Source: PVC group bacterium (GTDB taxonomy: Bacteria; Verrucomicrobiota; Kiritimatiellia; CAIKKV01). From it: DNA of 64,000 nucleotides. Of the stretch, positions 36,994 to 46,401 are shown piece by piece; the stretch's first letter is position 1, and each line of letters starts with the position of its first letter. The notes beneath the pieces were generated by a model, which saw nothing but the letters and a program-made list of their open reading frames with translations, searched no databases and was not told the origin of the DNA. Position numbers and translations under genes: made by a program. Location of the stretch: positions 3,200 through 67,199 of the forward strand of contig CAMDGM010000011.1 in NCBI GenBank assembly GCA_945898015.1, written 5' to 3'.

Positions 36994-38175
36994 ATGGGAA
37001 AAGAGAACTCACCAACCCCGCCCGAAGCGCCCCCGATTCTAGCCGTGCAACATCAAACCGTGGTCGAAGAAACCGGCCTTCCTGCGCCTTCCGACGCGAA
37101 CCACCTGCGCCTGATCGACTCCTACCGGGCCATTCTTCAGGAAGGCGCCTTGCGCTACCCCGTGGCCTATCATTTCATCCAGGAGCTCGGCAAGGGCCGG
37201 CAGGGCGTCGTCTTTCTCGCGGTCCGGCAGGGCGCCCGGGGCTGCCGGACCCGCCACGCCGTCAAGATCTTCGACCCCTCCATCTACTCCAGCGCCGAAC
37301 GCTACTGGACCGACATGGGCCGGATCGCAAGCCAGGTCTCCCGCCTTCAGCCCACCCACCACGAAAACCTGATCGCCTGCGACATCTACGACGAATGCAA
37401 CGGCGTCGGATTCATCCAGATGAACGCCGTGGACGGCATCGACCTGCAGTACTTCCTCAGCTCCACCCACCTCGCCATCACCCGGAGCCAGTGCAGCGAC
37501 GACGAATGGCGCCACTTCATGAGCGTCCTCTTCCGTCTCCAGGGCAAGCAGATGCTCTTCACGCCCGGCATTGCGGTCCATATTTTGCGGGAAGTGCTTT
37601 CCGGCCTCGAGCAGCTTCACGACGCCGGCTTCCTCCATGGCGACATCAAGCCCTCCAACATCATGGTGGACCGGAACGGGGGCGTCCGGAGCGTCGATTT
37701 CGGCCGGGCCACCTTGATCGGGGAGCGCATCAGCATCCAGCTCGGAAGCCCGCTCTACATGGCGCCCGAAATTCACCGCCTCGAATCCGGGCTGCCCCAA
37801 TCCGACATGTACAGCCTCGGCCTCGTGGCCGTGGAAATGCTCGGCGGCCGGATCCCGCTCAACCCCGCGCTCTCGCAGGACGCCGACCTGCTGGCGGCCA
37901 AGATGCAACTCCCGGACAAGCTCGACACCTGGCTGCCGCCCTACGTCGTGGAAAACGACCTGCTCATGGGGATCCTGAAGAAAATGCTTCTGCCCGATCC
38001 GCGCCAGAGGTACCGCTCCGCGCAGGAGGCCTCCGGCAGTTCGCGCGGATTACGCGGCGTCCAGCGCCAGCTCGCCAAGATGGACATTGACGCCGAATAC
38101 GACGCCGAAATCGAGCGGTACATGAAGAAGCTGCTCGATCCGGCCACCGGCCACATCAACCCCCGGATGGATTGA
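36994..38175 (+). CDS. Hanks-type Ser/Thr protein kinase, soluble, non-RD (HGD)
   Basis: Has the G-loop LGKGRQGVVF, AVKIF Lys, catalytic loop HGDIKPSNIMV, DFG and APE (YMAPE). No TM or recognisable sensor domain is present. Confidence 0.85.
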   Translation: MGKENSPTPPEAPPILAVQHQTVVEETGLPAPSDANHLRLIDSYRAILQEGALRYPVAYHFIQELGKGRQGVVFLAVRQGARGCRTRHAVKIFDPSIYSSAERYWTDMGRIASQVSRLQPTHHENLIACDIYDECNGVGFIQMNAVDGIDLQYFLSSTHLAITRSQCSDDEWRHFMSVLFRLQGKQMLFTPGIAVHILREVLSGLEQLHDAGFLHGDIKPSNIMVDRNGGVRSVDFGRATLIGERISIQLGSPLYMAPEIHRLESGLPQSDMYSLGLVAVEMLGGRIPLNPALSQDADLLAAKMQLPDKLDTWLPPYVVENDLLMGILKKMLLPDPRQRYRSAQEASGSSRGLRGVQRQLAKMDIDAEYDAEIERYMKKLLDPATGHINPRMD

Positions 38176-39103
38176 CCGGATCCCGGCGTCGCCGGTAATA
38201 CACGGCGCCCTCCGTCATGACCGACTCCACCCGTCCGGCTTTTTCCAAGGCCTCTAATTCCTTCAAAAGGCTGCCCGGATCCCCGTGAAGGGATTCCACC
38301 AGTTGGGCCAACGTCGAGGGATGACGCGTCACCGTCTCCAGCAGGCCGCCGCCCGCGCCGGCGGAAACCGAACGGGAGCGATCCGACACCGGTGTCTCGG
38401 CGGGCGGATGGAACAAGGCCGCCAATTCCCGCATCGCGTCCTCCGCCACAGACCGGGCTTCCGGCTCGGCGGGCGGCCGCACCACCGTGTTCAAATGCAC
38501 ACACGCCGGCTTGAGCGGATTCACAAGCGCCGCAATCCGGGCCACTTGCTCCGGGCGGTCATTGATCCCGCGAACCAAAAACACCTCCACCCACAACGTC
38601 CCCCGGTAATCCCGGGCAAACGCCCGTATTCCCTCAAGCACCCGGTCAAAACGCAAGGAGGAGTCCGGACGGTTCACCTGCCGCCAGGACGCCTCATCCC
38701 ACCCGCTCAGGGAAACCTTCACAATGTCAGCCTTCGCGGAGGCGGCCCGAACCTCGGGCACGTAAAACAGGGATCCATTGCTCATCAGCACGGTGGGAAT
38801 CGCGCTCCGCGCCCGAAGTCCGTCAAGAATGTCGCCAAAGCCGGCGTGAAGGGTCGGCTCCCCCGCCCCCGCCAGGGTGATGTGATCCGCCTTGCCGCCC
38901 CCGGCCAGCCAGGCGGAAAAATCGGCCAGCACCTCGTCCTCCGGCACAAACCGGGCCCGCTCCAGCGTGGTGCAGGGCGTCCGGCCGATCTGGCAGAAGA
39001 CACAGTCGTACGAGCAGGTTTTTTCGGGAACCAGCTCCACCCCGAGTGAAAGGCCCAGGCGGCGGGAAAGGACCGGGCCGAACAAGTGACGAAACGCGCT
39101 CAT
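38156..39103 (-). CDS. radical SAM protein (COG0731-like) with helical C-terminal extension
   Basis: Contains the CSYDCVFC CxxxCxxC cluster motif and a GAGEPTL glycine-rich SAM motif. The C-terminal ~70 aa look winged-helix-like, which is inference. Confidence 0.78.
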   Translation of the reverse strand: MSAFRHLFGPVLSRRLGLSLGVELVPEKTCSYDCVFCQIGRTPCTTLERARFVPEDEVLADFSAWLAGGGKADHITLAGAGEPTLHAGFGDILDGLRARSAIPTVLMSNGSLFYVPEVRAASAKADIVKVSLSGWDEASWRQVNRPDSSLRFDRVLEGIRAFARDYRGTLWVEVFLVRGINDRPEQVARIAALVNPLKPACVHLNTVVRPPAEPEARSVAEDAMRELAALFHPPAETPVSDRSRSVSAGAGGGLLETVTRHPSTLAQLVESLHGDPGSLLKELEALEKAGRVESVMTEGAVYYRRRRDPVNPSGG

Positions 39104-39106
39104 CGT

Positions 39107-39844
39107 TTACTTCCCTAGCGCCAGCCGCAAGGCGAGCCGTTCCGGCAAGCCGGCCTCCAGAATGCGTTGTTGCGTACGGGCCACATCATACACGACCCGA
39201 TGAAAATCCACGGTCTTGGTGTCAGGCTCATAGGTGACAAAACAGGCGCGGGGATCCGAATCCCGGGGCTGGCCGACACTCCCCACATTGACAAACAGCT
39301 TCTGCCCCAGCGACGCCGAGATGCGTTCCGGCGGCAGCCGCAGGGTTCGCTCCTGATTCTTCAGGAACACCGCGGGCACATGGGTATGCCCGTGAAAACA
39401 AACGGCGGACGTCTGGTAGGCAAAATGCGCCTCGGCTTGAAGTTCGTCGAACACATACCCCCATTTTTCAGGAGCATCCAGCGTGCTGTGAACCAGGGTG
39501 AATCCATCCACAAGGCGCTTTTGACGCAACTTCTGAAGATAATCGACTTGGACGGGCGTGAGCACCTGCCGGGTCCATTCAACCACGCCGGCGGCCAGGG
39601 GATGCAAATCCTTGAGGCTGTCGCCGTGCGAACTGTAATAGTCGTGATTGCCCTGGACGGAAATGCACTTCAGCCCCATGAGCCGGTCCACGCAGGCGCC
39701 CGGACAGGCATTGTAACCGACAATATCGCCCACACAGGCATACGCCGTCACGCCCAGCGAAGCGGCACATTCAAGAACGGCTTCAAACGCTTCCAGATTG
39801 GCATGAATATCGCCGAAGATCGCGTACTTGGTGCCTTCGCCCAT
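39107..39844 (-). CDS. calcineurin-like metallophosphoesterase
   Basis: Metallophosphoesterase motif series GDIHAN, GDIVGYN, GNHD and GHTH. Confidence 0.8.
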   Translation of the reverse strand: MGEGTKYAIFGDIHANLEAFEAVLECAASLGVTAYACVGDIVGYNACPGACVDRLMGLKCISVQGNHDYYSSHGDSLKDLHPLAAGVVEWTRQVLTPVQVDYLQKLRQKRLVDGFTLVHSTLDAPEKWGYVFDELQAEAHFAYQTSAVCFHGHTHVPAVFLKNQERTLRLPPERISASLGQKLFVNVGSVGQPRDSDPRACFVTYEPDTKTVDFHRVVYDVARTQQRILEAGLPERLALRLALGK

Positions 39845-39871
39845 GAATGCCCTCTTACCTGCCCATGCTCC

Positions 39872-40558
39872 TCATGCCTTCAGGAGCGCTTCGGCAACGA
39901 TCAAGTCTTCCGGTGTCGTGACTTTCAGGTTGGACGGCGAGGACGGGACTAGATGCACAGGCTTGCCCAGCAATTCCACCGCCGAGGCCTCATCTGTCAC
40001 CTGTTTCTTCTGGGACACGAGCCCCGCGAACGCCTCTCGCAACAAATCGACTTTGAATGTCTGCGGGGTCTGCACCGCCCACAACTTGGCCCGGTCCACC
40101 GTCTTGCTGACCACGAAGCCATGCTGAACTTCCTTAAGCGTGTCGGTAACCTTGGTCGCCGCCACGCCCGAACCATAACGCTTGGCGCTTTTCAGGGTCT
40201 CGGAGATCAATTCCGAACGGACGCAGGGCCGCGCGCCATCGTGAACCGCCACCATGGACACCCCCTCCGGAAGTTCGGCGAGCCCGTTCGCCACGGAATC
40301 CTGCCGCGTGGCGCCACCGGGCACGATACGCTGAACCTTGGAACAGCCGAATATCTGGACCATACCCCGGGCGGCATCCAGCCGGTCTTTCCGAACAACC
40401 AGGATCACCCCCTCAATCTCCGGGCAGTTCTCGAAGGCCAGCAACGAAAAAGCCAACACGGGCTTGGAGCCCACATTCAAAAACGACTTGTCGATGCCGA
40501 CGCCCATCCGCTCGCTCTTGCCGGCCGCCACGACGATGCCATAATTCATGAAACGCAT
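39872..40558 (-). CDS. ispD: 2-C-methyl-D-erythritol 4-phosphate cytidylyltransferase
   Basis: Contains VVAAGKSERMG..DKSFL..G.KPVL, VHDGARP and TPQTF motifs. Confidence 0.9.
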   Translation of the reverse strand: MRFMNYGIVVAAGKSERMGVGIDKSFLNVGSKPVLAFSLLAFENCPEIEGVILVVRKDRLDAARGMVQIFGCSKVQRIVPGGATRQDSVANGLAELPEGVSMVAVHDGARPCVRSELISETLKSAKRYGSGVAATKVTDTLKEVQHGFVVSKTVDRAKLWAVQTPQTFKVDLLREAFAGLVSQKKQVTDEASAVELLGKPVHLVPSSPSNLKVTTPEDLIVAEALLKA

Positions 40559-40641
40559 CCTCTCTTTGAAGGCTCAACTCTATTCCCCAAACGCCCGGCT
40601 GTCAAGCGTCATGTCCCTGCATTGACACGCTTGGAAGCCTG

Positions 40642-43359
40642 TCAATGCGCGTCGAGCCAGTTCTCGCCGCTGCCGATTTCCACCGCCAGCGGAACGCCCA
40701 GATCGAGCGCGTGCACCATGGCATCCCGAACCAATTCCCGCACCACCGCCTCTTCCTGGCGGGGCACGTCCAGCAACAACTCGTCATGCACCTGCAACAC
40801 CATCCGGGCGCCCAGTTTGCGGGCCCTCAACTCCCGGTTCACCCGGATCATGGCCAGCTTGATCAAATCCGCCGCCGTGCCCTGCACCGGCGTGTTGATG
40901 GCGTTCCGCTCCGCCGCCTGGCGCGAGGTCGCATTCCGGGAGGCGATGTCACGCAGGAACCGGCGGCGGCCGAGCGCCGTCTGCACAAACCCCCGGGTCC
41001 GCGCTTCCGCAATCGTCCGGTCCATGTACGCCTTGACTCCCGGATATTGCCCAAAATAAGCCTCAATCAGGTCCGCCGCCGCTTTTCGTGAAATACCGAG
41101 CCGCTGGGCCAGACCGAACGCCGAAATACCGTAAATGATCCCGAAATTGACCATCTTGCAACGGGAGCGCATCTCGGGTGTCACCAGCCCCGGTATGACG
41201 CCAAACACGCGCGACGCCGTCTCGGTGTGGATGTCCGCCCCCCGCGCGAACGCCTCCCGCAACCCCTTATCCCCGCTCAGGGCCGCCACCACCCGCAACT
41301 CGATTTGGGAATAATCCGCCGACATCAGGATGTGATCGGCATCCCGCGGCACAAACGCGGCCCGGATCCGCCGGCCCCGCTCGGTGCGGATGGGGATGTT
41401 TTGCAAGTTGGGATCGGATGACGACAACCGCCCGGTTTCGGTCAACACCTGGCTGAAGTTGCTGTGAATCCGTCCCGTCGTCGGATCGATACAGTCCGGA
41501 AGCTTGTCCACATACGTGGACTTCAGCTTGCTGCACGTGCGATGATCCAGAATCATGTCGATCACCGGATGCCGCCCCACCAGCTTCTGCAGAATGTCTT
41601 CGCTCGTGGCGTACTGCCCGGTCGCCGTGCGGGTGGCATTCGGATCCAGCTTCAAGCGGTCGAACAACACATCGCCCAACTGTTTGGGCGACGAAATGTT
41701 GAACCCGCCACCGGCGGCTTCGACAATCTTCATTTCCAGATCCAGCAGCTCGCGGCCCAGTTCGCGGCCATACTCCCTCAAAACGCCGGGCTCGATGCGA
41801 ACCCCTTCCCCCTCCATGTCAATCAACACCTCCACCAGCGGCTCCTCGCATTCCTCAAGCGCCCGGTTCGCGCCTTCGGCCAGCACCTCGGGATAAAGGC
41901 GGCGATACAACTGGAGCGTCACATCCGCATCTTCGGCCGCATAATCCTGGATCGCCTCAGGCTCCAGCTCGCCCATGTTGCCCTGGCTCGCGCCCTTTTC
42001 CCCAATGAGCTTGGTGATGGGAATGGGGTCATATTTCAACAACTGGCGGGCCAGATGGTCCATGCCATGGCGGTCGGCGGCATCCAGCACGGCATGCGCC
42101 AGCATGCTGTCGTGCAGAGGCCCCGCCACCCGGATACCCTGGGAGCGCAGCACGGTGATGTCGAACTTCAAGTTGTGCCCGATCTTGGTCTTTCCCGCAT
42201 CCTCAAATAACGGACGGAACTTCGCCAGGAGCACCTGGGCGGCGGCGCGATCAACCGGAACAGGAACATACCAGGCCTGACCCGGCTCCGCGCAGAACGA
42301 CAGGCCCACCAGCCGCTCATGCCGGGCGTCCAACCCCGTGGTCTCCGTATCGAACGCCCATTCGGACGCCGTCTGCAAAACAGCCAGCAGGCGGTCCAGC
42401 TCGACCCCCTGCGCCAGCCGGTAATCGTGGGGCACGTCGGCCAGCGTCTGCAGCGATTCGGCGGCTTCAACCTTGAAATCGCTACCCAGCAGACGGCGTC
42501 CCACCTGGAGCAGTTCATACTTGGTCAGCACCGCCTTGAGCGCCTCGCGGTCCGGCTCCTGCCGTTTGAGTTCGTCAAATGAAACCGGAAGCGGAACATC
42601 GTCGCGGATGGTGGCCAGGCGGCGGCTGATATACGCCAGATCCTTGCCGGCCGCTACTTTTTCACCCTGTTTCCCTTTGAGTTCCGAAAGGTGTTCATAC
42701 ACGCCATCCAGAGAGCCGAACTGCTCCAGCAAGGCGAGCGCCGTCTTCTCCCCCACCCCGGCAATGCCGGGAATGTTGTCCGAACTGTCCCCGGCCATGC
42801 CAAGAAAATCGACCATCTGAACCGGCGATTTCAGGCCCCAGTGCGCACAAACTTCCGGGACGCCCAGAATCTCCGCCGGTGAATTGGCCTTGCCGGGACG
42901 GAACAGGTACGTATGGTCGTCAACAAGCTGGGCCACGTCCTTGTCCGGCGTGGCCAAATACGTGAGAAAGCCAGCCTTTTCAGCGCGCCGGGCCAGCGTG
43001 CCCATGAGATCATCCGCTTCAAAGCCATCCACGCGAAGGGCCGGAATATTGAGGGCGGCCGCAATTTCCGAGACCATGGGAATGGCGGCCACCAGGTCTT
43101 CCGGAGCTTTCTGGCGCTGGGCTTTATAGGCCGGAAACTCCTCATGCCGGAACGTCGGCGTCTTGGAGTCGAACACCAGCACCAGATGGGTGGGCTTCTG
43201 CTCGTCGATGATTTGAAGGAGCGTGGAGGCAAACCCGTAGAGGGCCGACGTGTTGATCCCCGTGGTGGTGAGCCGCGGGTTTTTGAGAAATACGAAATGG
43301 CCGCGATAGAGCAGCGGCATCACATCGACAATAAACAAACGGTCGCGGGTAGTGCTCAT
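40642..43359 (-). CDS. polA: DNA polymerase I
   Basis: 905 aa. It has an N-terminal 5-prime nuclease domain, a central 3-prime-5-prime exonuclease-like domain (FDTETTGLD) and polymerase motifs (DYSQIELR, RRxAKxxNFGxxYG-like KMVNFGIIYG, QVHDELL). Confidence 0.96.
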   Translation of the reverse strand: MSTTRDRLFIVDVMPLLYRGHFVFLKNPRLTTTGINTSALYGFASTLLQIIDEQKPTHLVLVFDSKTPTFRHEEFPAYKAQRQKAPEDLVAAIPMVSEIAAALNIPALRVDGFEADDLMGTLARRAEKAGFLTYLATPDKDVAQLVDDHTYLFRPGKANSPAEILGVPEVCAHWGLKSPVQMVDFLGMAGDSSDNIPGIAGVGEKTALALLEQFGSLDGVYEHLSELKGKQGEKVAAGKDLAYISRRLATIRDDVPLPVSFDELKRQEPDREALKAVLTKYELLQVGRRLLGSDFKVEAAESLQTLADVPHDYRLAQGVELDRLLAVLQTASEWAFDTETTGLDARHERLVGLSFCAEPGQAWYVPVPVDRAAAQVLLAKFRPLFEDAGKTKIGHNLKFDITVLRSQGIRVAGPLHDSMLAHAVLDAADRHGMDHLARQLLKYDPIPITKLIGEKGASQGNMGELEPEAIQDYAAEDADVTLQLYRRLYPEVLAEGANRALEECEEPLVEVLIDMEGEGVRIEPGVLREYGRELGRELLDLEMKIVEAAGGGFNISSPKQLGDVLFDRLKLDPNATRTATGQYATSEDILQKLVGRHPVIDMILDHRTCSKLKSTYVDKLPDCIDPTTGRIHSNFSQVLTETGRLSSSDPNLQNIPIRTERGRRIRAAFVPRDADHILMSADYSQIELRVVAALSGDKGLREAFARGADIHTETASRVFGVIPGLVTPEMRSRCKMVNFGIIYGISAFGLAQRLGISRKAAADLIEAYFGQYPGVKAYMDRTIAEARTRGFVQTALGRRRFLRDIASRNATSRQAAERNAINTPVQGTAADLIKLAMIRVNRELRARKLGARMVLQVHDELLLDVPRQEEAVVRELVRDAMVHALDLGVPLAVEIGSGENWLDAH

Positions 43360-43474
43360 GGCGTCACAGTGCCCGAAATCGGCCCCCGTTTCAATGCCGG
43401 AGTTCGATCCGAACAGCCCGTCTTGCCAGACACGATGGATTTTGTCATCATGCAGCGGTCAAACAAGGACGCCC

Positions 43475-43972
43475 ATGACACCGGAACGCCTTATCCAACA
43501 GCTGGGGCTCAAGCCCCATCCCGAAGGCGGGTATTACGCCGAAACCTATCGGGCCGCCGAATCCCTTGCCGCCTCCGCCCTGCCCTCGCGCTATTCCGGG
43601 GAACGCGCATTTTCAACCGCCATTTACTACCTGCTGACGCCCGAATCGGTCTCCGCCCTGCATCGCCTGAAGTCCGACGAGCTTTTCCATTTCTACCGGG
43701 GCGACCCGGTGGAACTGCTCCGGCTGAAACCGGACGGCTCCGGTGTCACAATCACCCTCGGCCCCGCGATTGAGAAAGGGGAATACCCTCAGGTGTTTGT
43801 GCCCGCCGGCGACTGGCAGGGGGCGCGCCTCAAACCAGGCGGCCGATTTGCCTTGCTCGGCTGCACCGTGGCGCCGGGCTTCGATTTCAACGATTTCGAA
43901 ACCGGAGATCGGGCCGACCTGATCGGTCTCTATCCGGCCCATTCCACGCTCATCAAGGCCCTGACACGATAA
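43475..43972 (+). CDS. DUF985 cupin (YML079w-like)
   Basis: The sequence L.PHPEGGYYAETYR...AIYYLL is a typical DUF985 signature. The start is taken at the internal ATG at 43475. Confidence 0.75.
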   Translation: MTPERLIQQLGLKPHPEGGYYAETYRAAESLAASALPSRYSGERAFSTAIYYLLTPESVSALHRLKSDELFHFYRGDPVELLRLKPDGSGVTITLGPAIEKGEYPQVFVPAGDWQGARLKPGGRFALLGCTVAPGFDFNDFETGDRADLIGLYPAHSTLIKALTR

Positions 43973-44023
43973 AACCCATTCAACTGAACCACCCTCCAAC
44001 AACCTGCAACCCGAGTCATCCCT

Positions 44024-44590
44024 ATGCTCAAAGCATGCGATTTAGAAAACAAGTCCGTCATCCGGTTTAACGGCGTTCCCCACATCGTGGAAAACATCCA
44101 GGTGCAAACACCCTCAGCCCGGGGCGCCGCCACCCTTTACAAGGTCCGGTTCCGCAACATCCAGAACCGCACCAAAATGGATAAAACCTTTCGCGGGGAC
44201 GACGCCCTCGAAAATTGCGAAGTTGAACGCCGCGAAGTCCAGTTCCTCTACGAAAAGGATGACCGCTTCGAATTCATGGACCTGGCCGATTACAGCCAGT
44301 TTGCCTTGTCACGGGATGACATTGAGGAGGCAGTCCCTTTCCTGGTGGAAAACATGGAAGGCATCAGCTCCTTCGTCTCCGACGACAAGATCATCGGCAT
44401 CGAACTGCCCGCCGTGGTTGAGTTGGATGTGGTGGAGTGCGATCCTTCCATCAAGGGCGCCTCCGCCACCGCCCGGACCAAGCCGGCCAAGTTGTCGACC
44501 GGCCACATGATCCAGGTGCCCGAATACATGTCCGCCGGCGAACGGGTCCGCGTGGACACCCGGAGCGGCAAATTCGTCTCACGGGCCTGA
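44024..44590 (+). CDS. efpL: EF-P-like paralog EfpL (YeiP), Arg-tip loop
   Basis: The sequence IQVQTPSARGAATLYKVRFRN...SIKGASATARTKPAKLSTGHMIQVPEYM closely parallels what I recall of E. coli YeiP (SPTARGAATLYKMRF...[25 protein letters not shown]). R33 is encoded by CGG at 44120-44122. Confidence 0.85.
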   Translation: MLKACDLENKSVIRFNGVPHIVENIQVQTPSARGAATLYKVRFRNIQNRTKMDKTFRGDDALENCEVERREVQFLYEKDDRFEFMDLADYSQFALSRDDIEEAVPFLVENMEGISSFVSDDKIIGIELPAVVELDVVECDPSIKGASATARTKPAKLSTGHMIQVPEYMSAGERVRVDTRSGKFVSRA

Positions 44591-44609
44591 CAAGCGGCGG
44601 CCCCAGCGA

Positions 44610-46214
44610 TCAGGGCGAAACCTTCGGAACCGACTCGCCTGACAGGCACGGGCTCTTGCCGGCGCTCGACTCCCTTTCCTGGAGCAGCACATTAACGGCG
44701 TCCAGCAACGCCCGGATGCTGGCCTCCACAATGTCCGTGGACAACCCGCGCCCATTATACAACCGCTCGCCACACCGGACCTTGATCGTCGCCTCGCCCT
44801 GGGCGTCCTCACCCCCGGTGACCGCGCCCAGCGAAAACGATTCGAGCTTGAGATCCAACTCCAGCATCTGCTCAATGGCCTTGAAGGACGCATCAATCGG
44901 CCCGTCGCCAATAGCCACGTGCTCCACTAATATCCCGTTTTTCAGAAGACGCACCGTGCTGGTGGCCGTGATCGTATTGCCGGAATTGACGATGAACCGG
45001 TCGAGCTTGATGCGTTCCGGAACCGACTGGCCCTGAATCTGGCGGGCCATCGCTTCAAGATCGGCATCGGACACGACCTTTTTACGATCCGCCAAATCCT
45101 TGAATTGGGCGAAAAGCAACTGGACCGCGGCGTCCGAAAACGCAAACCCGAGCTCGGTCAACCGCGTTTCAAAGGCATGACGGCCGGAGTGCTTCCCGAG
45201 CACCATGCGATTTTTTGGCAACCCGATCGATTCCGGCGTCATGATCTCGTAGGTGCCCGAGTGGGCCATCATCCCGTGCTGATGAATGCCGGCTTCATGG
45301 GCAAAGGCGTTCTCTCCCACGATCGCCTTGTTCGCCTGCACCCGTGAACCGGTGGCCGCCACCACGCTGCGGCTGGCATTATAGAGGCGGGTCGTGTCGA
45401 CCGCACAGCTCACGCCGGGGAAAAAGTCGGGTCGGGTGCGGAGGCCCATCACGACCTCCTCAAGCGCGGCGTTACCTGCGCGCTCCCCGATTCCATTGAT
45501 CGTGCATTCCGCCTGGTCCGCACCCGCCCGGATCGCGGCCAACGTGTTGGCCACCGCGAGCCCGAGGTCGTTATGGCAGTGGATGGCGATCCGGGCCTTG
45601 CGGATGTTGGGCACATGCGCGAAAATCCCGGCAATAAAGGCGCCAAACTGCTCCGGCATGGCATACCCCACCGTATCGGGGATGTTCACCACCGTGGCAC
45701 CGGCGCGAATCACGCCCTCCACCACCCGGTACACAAAATCGAGCTCGCTGCGCGTGGAATCTTCCAATGAAAACTGGACCTCCGGACAGAGATTGCGCGC
45801 ATACTGGACCATCTTGACCGCCTGCTCGAAAACAGCGTCCGGCGTCATGCGAAGCTTGTATTGCATATGCAAGGGCGACGTGGCGATAAACGTGTGGATC
45901 CGGGGGCGCTTGGCATCCCGGATCGCGTCCCAGGCCACGTCGATGTCTTTGGACAAGGCCCGTGAAAGACTGGCCACGGAAGCCGTCTTGACGGCCCGGG
46001 CGATGGCCCGGACAGACTCAAAATCACCGGGCGAGGCCACTGCAAAACCGGCTTCAATCACATCCACCTTGAGGCCTTCCAATTGCTCGGCCACGAGCAA
46101 CTTTTCCTTCAAGTTCATGCTGCAGCCCGGCGATTGCTCGCCATCCCGAAGCGTCGTATCGAAAATATGAAGCCGCCGCGCGGCATTATCCGTGGTGCCT
46201 GTACTCATGTTCAT
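44610..46214 (-). CDS. leuA: 2-isopropylmalate synthase
   Basis: Contains IFDTTLRDGEQSPG, HCHNDLGLAVANTLAA and a C-terminal LeuA dimerisation/regulatory domain. Length is 534 aa, with an AAGGAG RBS. Confidence 0.9.
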   Translation of the reverse strand: MNMSTGTTDNAARRLHIFDTTLRDGEQSPGCSMNLKEKLLVAEQLEGLKVDVIEAGFAVASPGDFESVRAIARAVKTASVASLSRALSKDIDVAWDAIRDAKRPRIHTFIATSPLHMQYKLRMTPDAVFEQAVKMVQYARNLCPEVQFSLEDSTRSELDFVYRVVEGVIRAGATVVNIPDTVGYAMPEQFGAFIAGIFAHVPNIRKARIAIHCHNDLGLAVANTLAAIRAGADQAECTINGIGERAGNAALEEVVMGLRTRPDFFPGVSCAVDTTRLYNASRSVVAATGSRVQANKAIVGENAFAHEAGIHQHGMMAHSGTYEIMTPESIGLPKNRMVLGKHSGRHAFETRLTELGFAFSDAAVQLLFAQFKDLADRKKVVSDADLEAMARQIQGQSVPERIKLDRFIVNSGNTITATSTVRLLKNGILVEHVAIGDGPIDASFKAIEQMLELDLKLESFSLGAVTGGEDAQGEATIKVRCGERLYNGRGLSTDIVEASIRALLDAVNVLLQERESSAGKSPCLSGESVPKVSP

Positions 46215-46245
46215 GCTCCTTGTTCATGCGATCGATCGTTTAAAT

Positions 46246-46279
46246 AAAAAACCCGATCCGGCTTGTGGCCGCGATCGGG
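46246..46279 (-). terminator. intrinsic terminator-like hairpin plus T6 in the leuA 5-prime leader (candidate attenuator)
   Basis: Minus strand reads CCCGATC(G)CGG-CCACAAG-CCGGATCGGG, a 7+3 bp stem with a 1-nt bulge. It is followed by TTTTTTATTT, about 30 nt upstream of the leuA ATG. Confidence 0.6.
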
Positions 46280-46313
46280 AGTTCAGTCTGGAATTGAGGT
46301 ATTAACAAAACCT

Positions 46314-46394
46314 TTACGTGCGACTGATTCTCCCGGGACTGCTGAAAAGGCCCAGCAGCCCCTCGGGCAGGATCAGATTGGTTATCCATTTCAT
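46314..46394 (-). CDS. candidate leuA leader peptide MKWITNLILPEGLLGLFSSPGRISRT (26 aa)
   Basis: Small ORF read by hand and too short for the track. It has 5 Leu and 3 Ile codons in 26. The LLGL codons lie in the 5-prime arm of a hairpin, and the stop lies about 35 nt before the terminator stem. No SD is visible, but the ATG is 8 nt after a -10-like hexamer, so it could be leaderless. Confidence 0.35.
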   Translation of the reverse strand: MKWITNLILPEGLLGLFSSPGRISRT

Positions 46395-46401
46395 GCATAC
46401 A

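Noticed and set aside
46246-46398. Alternative 52-codon leader ORF from the ATG at 46398 (MHEMDNQ...VKVLLIPQF...) and plus-strand ORF 46263-46490
   Set aside because: The 52-codon frame reads straight through the terminator hairpin and U-tract, which is atypical for a leader peptide, and it is not enriched in Leu. The plus-strand ORF lies in the AT-rich promoter spacer with no RBS. The 26-codon Leu-rich frame explains the structure better.
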